64,000 nucleotides of DNA, taken from positions 32,001 through 96,000 of the IMG/VR virus record IMGVR_UViG_3300042330_000854; one strand, given 5' to 3'. A model generated the notes under the pieces. The model made no database searches, was not told where the DNA came from, and saw only the letters and a list, made by a program, of their open reading frames with translations. Shown here in pieces: positions 7,056-14,811 of the stretch. Position numbers and translations under genes: made by a program. Source of the stretch: a virus. Within the stretch, counting starts at the first letter, position 1. The number at the start of each line of letters is the position of its first letter.

Positions 7056-7460
7056 ATGCTAGAAAATGTTTATTTAGAATTTAATGATAATTTTAGCGGT
7101 TATCATGAACCTGATTATAAGAAAAATAATGAATTATTAACTAAATTAGAAAATTATAAGTTAATTAATAATTTTAATTTATTTTCTAATTTAGTTAATT
7201 TACTTCCAAATTGTATTATATTTGTTTGGTCTGAAACACCTTCTGATGATTTTGATTTATTTGATGTACAATTTGACGAAGATGAATGGGAAACTTATGA
7301 AGATTATTTATTGGCGTGTAGCAACAATAAATATGCTTCTATTTTGTTTTATGTTAACCCAAATTGTTTTATGACATTTTGTGGCAGTAATGCTGATATT
7401 GCTTTCTCATTACTATTAAAACAATTGAAAAAAATTAATGAAATTAGATTTATTGACTAA
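7056..7460 (+). CDS. Hypothetical protein
   Basis: AGGAG RBS, upstream TTGACA promoter. Confidence 0.7.
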   Translation: MLENVYLEFNDNFSGYHEPDYKKNNELLTKLENYKLINNFNLFSNLVNLLPNCIIFVWSETPSDDFDLFDVQFDEDEWETYEDYLLACSNNKYASILFYVNPNCFMTFCGSNADIAFSLLLKQLKKINEIRFID

Positions 7461-7500
7461 TTAATTGTTGACATGATTAAGAAATTTTGGTATAAATAAT

Positions 7501-7606
7501 TTAAGTTAATTAGAAGTGGGCTTCCGTAGCGACGGCTATAGATTTTTGTTCGATTCAAAATTAAATCATGGATGATTAACGTGGTTCGATTCCACAATTA
7601 ACTTAA
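7501..7606 (+). ncRNA. tRNA-like RNA with two T-arms
   Basis: 11-bp terminal stem; TTTTG-TTCGATT-CAAAA and GTGG-TTCGATT-CCAC; promoter TTGACA-17-TATAAA at 7468. Confidence 0.7.
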
Positions 7607-7701
7607 TTTGGTCCTGTAGTTTACTCTTATCAGGACTACTTTGTTAAATAAAATGTTATGATTTGTCACATATTTTTAATATGCAAAAAGACAAATCCTT
7701 T

Positions 7702-7773
7702 GGGCCTAAAGTGTTGTTGGGGGCATAACAGATTTGCATTCTGTAGGGCGGGTTTCGAATACCCGTGGGTCCA
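7702..7773 (+). tRNA. tRNA-Ala(TGC)
   Basis: G3:U70, ACAGA-TTTGCAT-TCTGT, TTCGAAT T-loop. Confidence 0.9.
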
Positions 7774-7847
7774 CTATCGTAATATGGCGAGGGTTACAAT
7801 AAAATCGTTGACAAACGTTATCATTTATAGTAAAAAAGAATAAGGAC

Positions 7848-7988
7848 TGCCCATCGTTCTCCTAGCAATAGGTTTGGTAAATACCGAATAAAATTATGAT
7901 CTTAGTGGCGTTAGATTAGTAGCAATAATTAAAATAGAAGAGAGGCATGTATGGTGAGCTATTGGAAGAGATAGACTAGGTGATGGCA
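7848..7988 (+). ncRNA. Structured ncRNA, family B copy 2
   Basis: CCTA-GCAA-TAGG, GAATAA-AATTAT-[27 nt]-ATAATT-AAAA; outer CCATC/GATGG; promoter at 7808. Confidence 0.65.
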
Positions 7989-8041
7989 TTACCAAATAAT
8001 TATGCTAAAAGTTTTGATAGTTTCTTTAAAAAACTATCTAT

Positions 8042-8114
8042 GGTAGTTGTGGCAGAAAAGTTATGCGACAGATTGTGAGTCTGTAATAAGCGAGAGCGTT
8101 ACTCGTCAACTACC
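8042..8114 (+). tRNA. tRNA-His(GTG)
   Basis: G-1:C73, ACAGA-TTGTGAG-TCTGT, T-loop AGCGTTA. Confidence 0.9.
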
Positions 8115-8137
8115 CGAAATTTATTGGGGATTTATCA

Positions 8138-8422
8138 ATGCTAATTTGGTCTAATGAAAGCCGTGAACTTTTTAAAAATGTTGTAATTGAAAATAATATT
8201 GGTACTTTATCTTTACCAAGCGAAAACCCATTCAATATTGAATGGTCTAACCAATGTAAAATATTAGATAATAATCAAAGTACACCAGCTAATGAATATA
8301 AACAATATAATTTACAATTAAATAATGGTAAAATAGCTACTGGTGTTTTTATAAAACAAATTGAATTTTTTGGTGATAAAGATAAGAAAATTTTTACATT
8401 TGTAATTGATACTATTTCTTAA
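8138..8422 (+). CDS. Hypothetical protein
   Basis: ORF with GGGGA RBS. Confidence 0.65.
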   Translation: MLIWSNESRELFKNVVIENNIGTLSLPSENPFNIEWSNQCKILDNNQSTPANEYKQYNLQLNNGKIATGVFIKQIEFFGDKDKKIFTFVIDTIS

Positions 8423-8449
8423 TAAAAATATATTATAGAAAGAAAAACA

Positions 8450-8608
8450 ATGTTTCCATTATTTTTATTACTATTAAATTTTATATTGTTTAGTGGAATA
8501 ATTTATATGATGATTAAAATAGGTTTTTGGTTGTCTGTTTTTTGTATTTTACTTAGTTCTATAGTATGGATACCAGTTATTGTACTTCTTTACATGCATC
8601 GCAAATAA
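8450..8608 (+). CDS. Small membrane protein (not in ORF track)
   Basis: MFPLFLLLLNFILFSG..., hydrophobic 52 aa. Confidence 0.5.
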   Translation: MFPLFLLLLNFILFSGIIYMMIKIGFWLSVFCILLSSIVWIPVIVLLYMHRK

Positions 8609-8613
8609 TCTAA

Positions 8614-8853
8614 ATGTTAAGTGATATTAAATTTTCACATCAATTAGAACAAAGTTTACATTTTATTGTTGAAAATTTAGAAGATAAATCTTCAAATAAT
8701 ATTATGATAAATTTTAATATTTTCTTTAAATTGTTAATTAATTGTAAAGATGTAAAAAATGTGTATTTGAATTTTATTGATAATATTTTTGTTATAAATT
8801 ATACATATAATAAACAAAATTTTTGTATTAACTTTTTCTATAAAACAACTTAA
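8614..8853 (+). CDS. Hypothetical protein
   Basis: ORF in + strand run. Confidence 0.55.
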   Translation: MLSDIKFSHQLEQSLHFIVENLEDKSSNNIMINFNIFFKLLINCKDVKNVYLNFIDNIFVINYTYNKQNFCINFFYKTT

Positions 8854-8865
8854 AAAGGAAATAAA

Positions 8866-9600
8866 ATGAGTTTAGCTTTATTTGATACAGAGGGGTTGCG
8901 TTTTCGACGCCAAACTGAATTACGATTACGTGAACAAATTAAAAATGAATTAGTAGAAAATATTCAACAAATTTTATTAGATATGAATCAAATGTGGCGT
9001 TTTGAAGAAGTTGAAACGCCATTAATTATGCCTAAAGAATTAATGAATGCAAGTTATGATCTTGATGATATTTTTGTTTTACAAAATAAAATAGCCAATA
9101 AAGATTATGCTTTACGTGCAGAAACAACATTAGGTTCTTATTTAATGGCTGTTGAATTACTTAAAACAACTTCAATTCGTGCTCCTTTGTGTGTTTATAC
9201 ACATGGGCCAAGTTTTCGAGTTGAAAATTCAGATGGGGCAACTGCTGCTAAATTACGGTTTAATCAATTTTATCAATTGGAATTTCAATTAATTTATGGT
9301 GCTGATACCAAAGCGCCGATTATTGAAACAATGATTGAAAAATTACCTACGGTAGTAAATAAAATTCTTAATAAATCTGTTAGAACAATTGAAAGTGATC
9401 GTTTGCCTTCTTATTCGATAGAAACAATTGATATTGAAGTTGAATGGTATTCTGAAACAGCAAAAAAGATGGAATTTAAAGAAATTGCCAGTATGAGTTT
9501 ACGCAAAGATTTTCCTTTAATTCCAGGCCATAAACCGTATCGTGTTTTTGAAATTGCTTTTGGAACTGATCGATTATTGGCTATGAAAAATGGCATTTGA
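8866..9600 (+). CDS. Stand-alone class II aminoacyl-tRNA synthetase catalytic core (alpha2 GlyRS-like), no anticodon-binding domain
   Basis: Motif 1 EVETP, LRAETT, motif 2 SFRVE..LRFNQFYQLEFQ, motif 3 EIAFGTDRLL; 244 aa. Confidence 0.85.
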   Translation: MSLALFDTEGLRFRRQTELRLREQIKNELVENIQQILLDMNQMWRFEEVETPLIMPKELMNASYDLDDIFVLQNKIANKDYALRAETTLGSYLMAVELLKTTSIRAPLCVYTHGPSFRVENSDGATAAKLRFNQFYQLEFQLIYGADTKAPIIETMIEKLPTVVNKILNKSVRTIESDRLPSYSIETIDIEVEWYSETAKKMEFKEIASMSLRKDFPLIPGHKPYRVFEIAFGTDRLLAMKNGI

Positions 9601-9880
9601 TTTACATGAATTGAATCAATTAAAATTTGATTTAAAAAATCTAAATGTAAATATTAAAATATGTTCTCCTGATAATAAATTGGGAGAACATTTTATTGAT
9701 TTTTATATTGATGATAAAAGAATTTTAACTATTGTTTATAAATTAAAATTTGGTTTCGGATTTTTTAGTGAAGATGCAATAATGTTTGAAGGCCCAAGTG
9801 AAATTTTAAATTATGAAAATGCATTAATAAAAATTCGAGAATTTTTAGCTGATAAAAATTTGTTAAATAAATCTACATAG
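9590..9880 (+). CDS. Hypothetical protein
   Basis: Overlaps the aaRS stop. Confidence 0.65.
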   Translation: MAFDLHELNQLKFDLKNLNVNIKICSPDNKLGEHFIDFYIDDKRILTIVYKLKFGFGFFSEDAIMFEGPSEILNYENALIKIREFLADKNLLNKST

Positions 9881-9889
9881 TTTCAGAGT

Positions 9890-10325
9890 TAGAAAAAGGG
9901 AATCGCTCTTCCCAAAAACATTTTCAGAATACAGGACTGAGGAAATGAGTTAGAAACAAACGAACGGTTACGATTAACCGGAATAGAAAAAATTCTATTC
10001 ACTAATCCGTCTATCGAGTAGAATTGGTAGGCGAAAAGATTCTAGCAATGTTTGTTCATTAACAACTAGAAGTTATCATAATTTTAATACATGAGAATTA
10101 TGATAATCCCGTTTTGAGAAATTTAAAATCAATTTCTGAAGATTTATCACGAGTAGGTACAGCAAAACCGCCTGCGCTTTATTTTATAATGTAGTGAGTC
10201 ATGTATGAAATTTACGCCGATGCTTTTATACGTAAGGTGCAAAATTTGATCTTCCCTATGTCATTATTATTTTATTAGTTTTGGCATGGGGAAGAATGAA
10301 ATATGTCCTCAGCAATTGCCGTATG
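9890..10325 (+). ncRNA. About 430-nt structured RNA candidate
   Basis: ORF-free, relatively GC-rich, about 10 hairpins, long-range CTGAGGA (9937)/TCCTCAG (10306). Confidence 0.6.
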
Positions 10326-10472
10326 GGCTTTAGAAATAAAGAAAAAAATCAAGTAAAAAACAAAAAAAATAAAATTTTTCTTCTAATAAGATTTATAGCA
10401 GAAATTCTTTTTTTATTGAAAATTTTTTTACATGATATTATATTAACTTTTTAATGAAAGAAAAAATAAAAA

Positions 10473-10676
10473 ATGACAAAACCTTATACTTGTGAAATCA
10501 CTCAACAAACTTTTGAAAATGTTGAAGCCGCTAATTTTTATTTTACTCAACAAAATAAAATGGTTTCTATTCTTCCAGTTGGTTCAATAGTAACTATGGA
10601 ATTTAGACCTAATCGAGTTAGAATTTATCATGATTTAGAAGATAAAAATATCATCATAGATATTACTTTTGGTTAA
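10473..10676 (+). CDS. Serine protease inhibitor, potato inhibitor I (I13)/I78 fold
   Basis: ILPVGSIVTMEFRPNRVRIY vs barley CI-2 [20 protein letters not shown]; C-terminal G. Confidence 0.8.
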   Translation: MTKPYTCEITQQTFENVEAANFYFTQQNKMVSILPVGSIVTMEFRPNRVRIYHDLEDKNIIIDITFG

Positions 10677-10731
10677 AATTAATTGATAAAAACATGTTGA
10701 CAAGCTAATAAAAACATAGTAAGTTATATAC

Positions 10732-10831
10732 ATAAGCATGGGATATGAAAAGAAGGTTCGAGTCCTTCGCCGCAACGTTGACAACAACGGGGTGGATGTT
10801 GTTCGCCGGAAAGAAGCTTTTCTGTGCTTAT
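10732..10831 (+). ncRNA. Circularly permuted tRNA mimic (YrlA-like order T, acceptor-like, D)
   Basis: Terminal stem ATAAGCAT/GTGCTTAT, T-arm GAAGG-TTCGAGT-CCTTC first, capped stem, then TTC-GCCGGAAA-GAA; promoter at 10697. Confidence 0.6.
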
Positions 10832-10833
10832 AT

Positions 10834-10906
10834 CACGCATTCGAATAATCAGTTAATTCAACAGACTTTCAATCTGTAAACGAGAGGGCAGAACTCTCAT
10901 GCGTGA
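10834..10906 (+). tRNA. tRNA-Glu(TTC)
   Basis: CACGCAT/ATGCGTG, ACAGA-CTTTCAA-TCTGT, T-loop GGCAGAA. Confidence 0.88.
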
Positions 10907-10930
10907 CTTTTTAAAATATAGGAATAAAAT

Positions 10931-11107
10931 ATGGAAAATGTATTAATTCTTCTGTTATTACCAATTATTGTAATATTAATTGGGTTAATTTTATTTGTTT
11001 ATATTTACTTACCATTATCTATTCCATTTTTACTACCAAGTTTAACTGTAATTATAATTTCTATTCTAATTTTTATTGTTATACATTATATTGGAAAAAT
11101 AATTTAA
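10931..11107 (+). CDS. Small membrane protein (not in ORF track)
   Basis: AGGA RBS, hydrophobic MENVLILLLLPIIVILIG... Confidence 0.5.
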   Translation: MENVLILLLLPIIVILIGLILFVYIYLPLSIPFLLPSLTVIIISILIFIVIHYIGKII

Positions 11108-11191
11108 AAATTAAATAAAATGCTTTAATTAATGTAGTTGTGATAGATAAATAATGTACAAATTTATGCCGATTTAATAAGAGAAAATAAT

Positions 11192-11341
11192 ATGAATAAT
11201 AATTTTAATTTAGAACATGTTGGAAGTTCTTTTGAAGATTGGCTTGAATACGAAGGATTTGCTGAAGAAGTTTATGCAAGTGCTTTAAAAGAATTACAAT
11301 TTGAACAAATTGAAAAAACATTAAAGAAATTACAAAAATAA
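11192..11341 (+). CDS. 49-aa peptide resembling the N-terminus of XRE/HigA-type antitoxins (not in ORF track)
   Basis: HVGSSFEDWLEYEGFAEEVYASALK matches the HIGSSFDDFLxEEG..EEV..AIK pattern; no HTH follows. Confidence 0.65.
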   Translation: MNNNFNLEHVGSSFEDWLEYEGFAEEVYASALKELQFEQIEKTLKKLQK

Positions 11342-11355
11342 TTAGAAAGTTTTTT

Positions 11356-11892
11356 ATGATATTTAAAATAGAAAAAAATGTTAATTTAAATAATAGTTTT
11401 ATTCCAAGAAAATACGAAGAACTATATAAAATTGTAGATGGTATGAAAATAGGAGATAATATAAAGTTATCTTCTACAATGTTTAATAAAAATAATTTGA
11501 GAAAATATCAAATTACAATTCAAAATTGTCTTAAAAATAAATATCCAGAAAAAAAGTTTATAACTTCTATTATCAACGACGATATTTATTTATGGTATGC
11601 TAATAAAGAAAACACCAACGACATTAAAAAATTAATTCATCAGGTTAAAAAACAAATTTATTTAAATAAAAAAAATTCTAATTGGTTTATTGTTAATGAT
11701 ATTTTAATAGAAAAAGATATACTTATTGATGATATTGAACATAAAATATTACAAATCGGCGATAGTTTTATGGTTGACACTGAATTAAAAAGACAATGTT
11801 GTCTTGATAAGTTAAGACGTATGTACCCATCATATAAATTTAAAAGTAAAAAAATAACAATTAATGAGTATAGAATTTGGAGAATATCATGA
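11356..11892 (+). CDS. Hypothetical protein, two copies of a KIEKN..IGD(S)..R(I/V)WR domain
   Basis: Internal repeat shared with the next ORF. Confidence 0.7.
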   Translation: MIFKIEKNVNLNNSFIPRKYEELYKIVDGMKIGDNIKLSSTMFNKNNLRKYQITIQNCLKNKYPEKKFITSIINDDIYLWYANKENTNDIKKLIHQVKKQIYLNKKNSNWFIVNDILIEKDILIDDIEHKILQIGDSFMVDTELKRQCCLDKLRRMYPSYKFKSKKITINEYRIWRIS

Positions 11893-12179
11893 AAATTGAT
11901 AAAAATATTCCATTACTAAATAACAATCAAAATACACCTAGTAAATATATTTTACCAGAAATGGAAATCGGTGATAGTATTTTGTTTACTGTTCCAGAAA
12001 ATGAAAGGTTTAATGCGTTTAAACAAAGAACTATTGCTGGATTAAAACATCATAATCCAGACTATGTTTTGTCTTTAAGAAATGAAGGTAAAAATAGTTT
12101 CAGAGTTTGGCGCGTAGCAGAAAAACCTAAAAATGTATTTGTTGTTATTAATAAAGAAATGATAGAAAAAATTAATTAA
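11889..12179 (+). CDS. Hypothetical protein, one KIDKNIP..MEIGDS..FRVWR domain (putative DNA-binding)
   Basis: Motif similarity to the preceding ORF; ATGA overlap. Confidence 0.7.
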   Translation: MKIDKNIPLLNNNQNTPSKYILPEMEIGDSILFTVPENERFNAFKQRTIAGLKHHNPDYVLSLRNEGKNSFRVWRVAEKPKNVFVVINKEMIEKIN

Positions 12180-12329
12180 ATGTTTGAAACAAAAATGCGA
12201 TTATAAAGATTTATACTGAATTAAATCATTATTTATAATTCCCATTGTTTCACTTATTTTATGCTATATTCAGACATTATTTAGTTTAAGGTTGTAAGAT
12301 AATGGGTATATAAGTCAGCAACCTTTTTA

Positions 12330-12401
12330 CGCGGGATAGTGAAGTGGTTATCACACAGGATTCATGCTCCTGTATCCTAGGTTCAAATCCTAGTTCCGCT
12401 A
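12330..12401 (+). tRNA. tRNA-Met(CAT), possibly initiator-like
   Basis: C1/U72 mismatch, CAGGA-TTCATGC-TCCTG, TTCAAAT T-loop. Confidence 0.9.
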
Positions 12402-12503
12402 CAATTAAATTTTATAATACCATAAGTCTGTTTAAGTGATTATGACGATTAACAAATAGTTAATTCATCTATGTACAAAATCCTTTTCAGCAGGTTATTT
12501 TAA

Positions 12504-12553
12504 AGAATGATTTCCGCAAAATTTAGCTTGGATATGCAAAAAACATCATTCTG
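12504..12553 (+). ncRNA. Family A ncRNA, copy 5
   Basis: Differs from 2632-2681 at two positions. Confidence 0.8.
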
Positions 12554-12583
12554 TTTTAAACATTTTATATGAAGGAAAAAATA

Positions 12584-12778
12584 ATGCACAAATATACAAA
12601 TTTAATTATTAAAAAAACATACGACGAAACAACAAATACTTATACTGAAGTACCATTTACTGTCGTTGAAGATCAAAACGATGTTTGGACTTTACTAAAT
12701 TATTTTGCTAGAGATAATAATGATCCAAAAATTACATTTATAATTAAACCTATTACTGTTTCTGATGTTCCAAAATAA
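12584..12778 (+). CDS. Hypothetical protein
   Basis: GAAGGA RBS. Confidence 0.65.
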   Translation: MHKYTNLIIKKTYDETTNTYTEVPFTVVEDQNDVWTLLNYFARDNNDPKITFIIKPITVSDVPK

Positions 12779-12779
12779 T

Positions 12780-13013
12780 TTAATCTTTTAAATCAGGATT
12801 CATTATTAACATGATTTTATTAGCTATTTCTAATGAAATAGCATCTTTTTCTTTTTGTTTAATTTGTTGAAACGCTTGAATTTCCCATTTCATTAACCCT
12901 AAATTATCAAAATTATCATAAGAATTTATATTTTCTAAAATTTCTTTTATTTTGAAATTAGTTTGTGATTTTTTAAGTAAAATTTTATATTGATTGTTTT
13001 CTGTGTATCTCAT
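12780..13013 (-). CDS. Hypothetical protein
   Basis: Fills the gap between + genes. Confidence 0.45.
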   Translation of the reverse strand: MRYTENNQYKILLKKSQTNFKIKEILENINSYDNFDNLGLMKWEIQAFQQIKQKEKDAISLEIANKIMLIMNPDLKD

Positions 13014-13034
13014 CGATTATTTAAAGGTTATAAA

Positions 13035-13352
13035 ATGAATTTATTAAAAAATTCTAAATTTAAAAAATTAATTAATAATTCTAATATTTATTGGATTGAT
13101 TTGCCGATTATTGATGGGAATTTAGATTATACATACTCAGTTTTAAACTCAGAAGATTTTCTAAAAAAATTTGAAAATGGTTATTATAAATATACCTATT
13201 TTACAAATGATGGTAGAGATTATAATGAAATACAAACCGATTTACCATCACTTAGAACTAAATTACAACAATTTTTTATTGATGATAATTATCATTTAAT
13301 TTATGTTGAATTAAACAATACTGATTATTTATTATATATATTAGGAAAATAA
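13035..13352 (+). CDS. Hypothetical protein
   Basis: ORF, start adjusted. Confidence 0.65.
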   Translation: MNLLKNSKFKKLINNSNIYWIDLPIIDGNLDYTYSVLNSEDFLKKFENGYYKYTYFTNDGRDYNEIQTDLPSLRTKLQQFFIDDNYHLIYVELNNTDYLLYILGK

Positions 13353-13353
13353 A

Positions 13354-13734
13354 ATGAACTTTGAAGATTTTAAAAAATTAGTTAAAGAAATTAAAAATGA
13401 TGATGAAGATTATTTTTATATTGAAAAAAATATATTTGATAAAGATGCTAATTTTTATTCATTTGATGATTGCTTAACTTATGAAGGCAATTATATGGGC
13501 GATAGTTGGGATTATCCAGACAGTTCAAAATACCCAACAGAAATTAAAAAAATTGATTTATTTTTAGAAAAATATGTTCAAAATATTTCTTTTATTCAAT
13601 ATAAAAAACTAACAAACAAATATCGACATATTAGTCATGAAACTCGTGATATTTATTCTAATACAGTTTATAAGATAACATATATTTCAATAAAAGAATT
13701 TTATGATTTTCTTCTTGAAAATAAATTAATTTAG
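13354..13734 (+). CDS. Hypothetical protein
   Basis: ORF with AGGA RBS. Confidence 0.7.
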   Translation: MNFEDFKKLVKEIKNDDEDYFYIEKNIFDKDANFYSFDDCLTYEGNYMGDSWDYPDSSKYPTEIKKIDLFLEKYVQNISFIQYKKLTNKYRHISHETRDIYSNTVYKITYISIKEFYDFLLENKLI

Positions 13735-13925
13735 GTTGCTAAGATTATAATTGTTTAGTATATTATAATCTTAATAAAGGAGATATTAAATGAAAATTTA
13801 TTTTGATGTAAAATATAATGATAATGTAATTGCCACAAAAGATAAATTTATTTTTCTGCATGAAAAATTAAAGCATAAAATTCTTTATTCCAAAGAATCT
13901 ATTTTGCGTTTAGTTGAGAAAACCA

Positions 13926-14312
13926 ATGAATAAATTATCAATAAAAGAATTAGAATTTTTATATAATATTTTAAATATTGAATATCATAATATGGTTAAT
14001 CAAAACAAAGATGATTTTGATGATAGATTTTATAATATTTGTATGGAAAAAATTTTACAATATCATGACAATAATAAAACATGTTTGAAATTATTAAAAG
14101 AAAAACATCAACAAATCAATTATTTTAATTCCAATATTAGAGTTATAAATCATAATTTTAACTTTAATAATTTTAATTCAATTGATGAAAATGAACTAAA
14201 TTACATCGTTATTTTAGAGCATAAAATATTAATTGTTGATTTACTATTGATTAATCCAGGATGTTATGATAAAATGAACATGAACCAAATTGTTGATATT
14301 TTACAAAATTGA
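13926..14312 (+). CDS. Hypothetical protein
   Basis: ORF. Confidence 0.6.
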   Translation: MNKLSIKELEFLYNILNIEYHNMVNQNKDDFDDRFYNICMEKILQYHDNNKTCLKLLKEKHQQINYFNSNIRVINHNFNFNNFNSIDENELNYIVILEHKILIVDLLLINPGCYDKMNMNQIVDILQN

Positions 14313-14665
14313 AAATAATATTATTAATTGGGCTGCCTGGAAGTGGCCAATCAACATATGGAAAAAGTTTAATCAAAGAAAATGTTTATTTCTTTGATGA
14401 AGATTTATTTAAAATTAATAATATTCCTGAAAATACAAAACTTTTAATTTTTGCCCATCCGTTGTTTTGTATAAAAGAAAAATTAAATCAATTTAAAGAA
14501 AAAATATTTTGTGAAATTGAAGAAGTTTATTTTGAAAACAATCCAGAACAATGTTTAAAAAATACAAAAAATAGAGATGGTAAACCATGTTATTCGAGCA
14601 TAAATTATTTGACTAAACAATATGTTATACCAAATAATGCTTATATTAAAAAATGTTATGAATAA
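14309..14665 (+). CDS. P-loop kinase (polynucleotide kinase-like) with a Walker A K-to-Q change
   Basis: IILLIGLPGSGQST; CLKNTKNR lid-like motif. Confidence 0.7.
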   Translation: MKIILLIGLPGSGQSTYGKSLIKENVYFFDEDLFKINNIPENTKLLIFAHPLFCIKEKLNQFKEKIFCEIEEVYFENNPEQCLKNTKNRDGKPCYSSINYLTKQYVIPNNAYIKKCYE

Positions 14666-14675
14666 AATATTAAAT

Positions 14676-14762
14676 GGATAGTTAGTAGAGTGGTCGATTG
14701 CGCTACATTGGAAATGTAGAGAACCTGTAAAGGTTCCAGGGGTTCAAATCCTCTACTATCCG
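14676..14762 (+). tRNA. tRNA-Ser(GGA)
   Basis: CTACA-TTGGAAA-TGTAG, long variable arm, G73. Confidence 0.92.
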
Positions 14763-14811
14763 CAAAATTATTGTTGACATGTAAATAAAATAATAGTATA
14801 GTAAAATTATT

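Noticed and set aside
9890-10325. RNase P RNA or tmRNA
   Set aside because: No GAGGAAAGTC/ACAGAA P4 signature, no tRNA-Ala-like termini and no tag ORF.
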